Notes under the pieces: generated by a model
Database searches by the model: none
Seen by the model: the letters and a program-made list of their open reading frames with translations, nothing else
Told to the model about the DNA's origin: nothing
Shown here: piece by piece, positions 62,865-64,000 of the stretch
Layout of the letters: every line of letters begins with the position of its first letter
How positions within the stretch are numbered: the stretch's first letter is position 1
Program-made: the position numbers and the translations under genes
Source of the DNA: Candidatus Pacearchaeota archaeon
GTDB taxonomy: Archaea > Nanobdellota > Nanobdellia > Pacearchaeales > GW2011-AR1
DNA: 64,000 nucleotides
Reading direction: 5' to 3'
Assembly: GCA_040879785.1 (NCBI GenBank)
Contig: JBBDJR010000006.1
Location: forward strand, 192,410-256,409

Positions 62865-63866
62865 TTATGCATCAACAAATCCTTTCTCCTCAATTGTTTT
62901 AAGGACCTTCCCTAAAGATTTTTTCATATCGGTTGTTTCTAGAAGAAATGCTGAAGCTTTCTGATGCCCTCCCCCTCCAAGAGCTTTTGAATATATGGTT
63001 GTGTCCAAATCTTTACTTCTAAAAGAACCTTTAATTTCTCCTTCAAGTTCTGTCAGTATAAAGATTAAATCCCATCCGGCCATGCCCTGCATACAAATCA
63101 CACCTAATCTCAAATCAGAAACCTCAAGGCCTAACTCTCTCCACTCATCTTTTGTTGCGTAACTATAGAAAATATTTTTTCCTCCAATAACTTTTCTTTC
63201 CATATTAGTGAGGAGAATTCCGTGAAACTTTTTTAATTCCCAGGAATCACTTCTTAAGATAGGAATCACAAACTCTTTTTGAAAATTTATCTCTCCTTTT
63301 TTTACAAGGAAAGCCATTTTTTCAAGAGAATCCGCAGAATCTCTGTACTCTCCAAAATTAGTGTCAGTACAGATTCCTAAAAGTAATGCCCTGCATATTT
63401 TGTTGTCAAACTCCACCCCTATTTCTTTAAACATTTCAACCAAAACAGAAGCACAAGAAGGAGCGTTACTATTTACATAATTCATCTTACCATAAAAGGA
63501 GTTTGTTTCATGATGGTCGATATTAACCATTTTTTCTTTAATTCTCTCGCTATTTATTATTTCTTCAGAATGCCCGCCTAAAGTTCCATGGTCCAGAAAA
63601 ATAATAAACTCAAATTCTTCTAAGTCAAAATCTTCAAGTTTTTTTTCAAATTCAATCTCATCAGAATAAAATCCCTTGAGGTTTTCGTTAACCTGGTCTC
63701 TACTTATTAATCTAACTTCCACACCTTCTTTTTCAAGAGCAGTTTTCATAGCAATACATGAACCCTGGCTGTCTCCATCTGGTTTTGGATGTAAGGTTAT
63801 TAAAACTTTTTTTGAGTCTTTCAAAGTATTCCAGATTTCTTCAAAGGAATTATTTTTTCTTTCCAT
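62865..63866 (-). CDS. DHH/DHHA1 phosphoesterase (NrnA/RecJ-like)
   Basis: Motifs are HPKPDGDSQGS, ICTDT, NIDHHETN and LGGGGHQKASAF. Confidence 0.75.
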   Translation of the reverse strand: MERKNNSFEEIWNTLKDSKKVLITLHPKPDGDSQGSCIAMKTALEKEGVEVRLISRDQVNENLKGFYSDEIEFEKKLEDFDLEEFEFIIFLDHGTLGGHSEEIINSERIKEKMVNIDHHETNSFYGKMNYVNSNAPSCASVLVEMFKEIGVEFDNKICRALLLGICTDTNFGEYRDSADSLEKMAFLVKKGEINFQKEFVIPILRSDSWELKKFHGILLTNMERKVIGGKNIFYSYATKDEWRELGLEVSDLRLGVICMQGMAGWDLIFILTELEGEIKGSFRSKDLDTTIYSKALGGGGHQKASAFLLETTDMKKSLGKVLKTIEEKGFVDA

Positions 63867-63927
63867 ATCTCTATCTGGAAACCTGATTTAAAAATATTGG
63901 GATTGAAGACATCTCAAGAGGAATTCA

Positions 63928-64000
63928 TGCGGGCGAAAGGATTCGAACCTGAAAACCACCTGCGGGTTTTCGATCCTGCGACCGTCGAATCCTGAGTGCG
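63928..64000 (-). tRNA. 3' portion of a tRNA gene, probably intron-containing, truncated by the window end
   Basis: The minus strand ends ...AGGTTCGAATCCTTTCGCCCGCA (consensus T-loop, 7-nt acceptor strand, discriminator A). The complementary 5' acceptor strand GCGGGCG is not within the 73 visible nt. Confidence 0.45.

Noticed and set aside
63939-63993. 9-bp inverted repeat aggattcga / tcgaatcct suggesting a transposon end or long hairpin
   Set aside because: Both arms contain the self-complementary TTCGAA core of T-loop-like sequence. The tRNA interpretation explains the right arm, and the pairing is probably incidental.

Overview
Low-GC, gene-dense archaeal chromosome segment. PolD DP1/DP2, Orc1/Cdc6, aEF-1beta, eL18, Hef and XerA are present, and TATA boxes sit about 27 nt upstream of many ATGs (leaderless-type promoters). 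This fits a small-genome DPANN-like archaeon (inference). No rRNA genes or CRISPR array are present. Main blocks: (1) 2.7-13.5 kb, a type IV pilus-like locus with an A24 prepilin peptidase, at least 7 pilin-like genes plus unannotated mini-ORFs, a polytopic platform protein and a secretion ATPase. (2) 17.5-28.4 kb, DNA repair and housekeeping genes, including a split Hef, LigT, an AAG-type glycosylase and an ArmA/Rmt-like 16S rRNA methyltransferase. (3) 28.4-32.9 kb, an accessory patch. An S8 subtilase gene is bracketed by perfect 25-bp direct repeats, and one copy is the 3' end of an AT-rich gene that I read as a cyclodipeptide synthase (CDPS) homolog sitting directly downstream of tyrS. (4) 35.5-43.4 kb, a replication island (DP2, SAMHD1-like HD, DP1, Orc1/Cdc6) abutting a candidate oriC with inverted ORB-like boxes around an AT-rich unwinding element. 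(5) 43.4-47.7 kb, an origin-proximal accessory region. It holds two convergent paralogs (coiled-coil, DNA-repeat linker, wHTH), a (GACA)8 coding microsatellite, an AACA[C/G]CTGTT motif array present both inside a CDS and upstream of it, three copies of a 19-bp repeat bracketing small ORFs, and a hairpin-rich noncoding stretch. (6) 53.5-56.8 kb, a tightly coupled repair/recombination gene string. (7) 57-64 kb: CstA, ThiI, an RRM protein, a stand-alone serine-recombinase 'recombinase domain' gene, the uS9/uL13/eL18 operon, a DHH phosphoesterase, and a truncated, probably intron-containing tRNA at the window edge. All family calls come from motif reading by eye and need HMM or structure confirmation.
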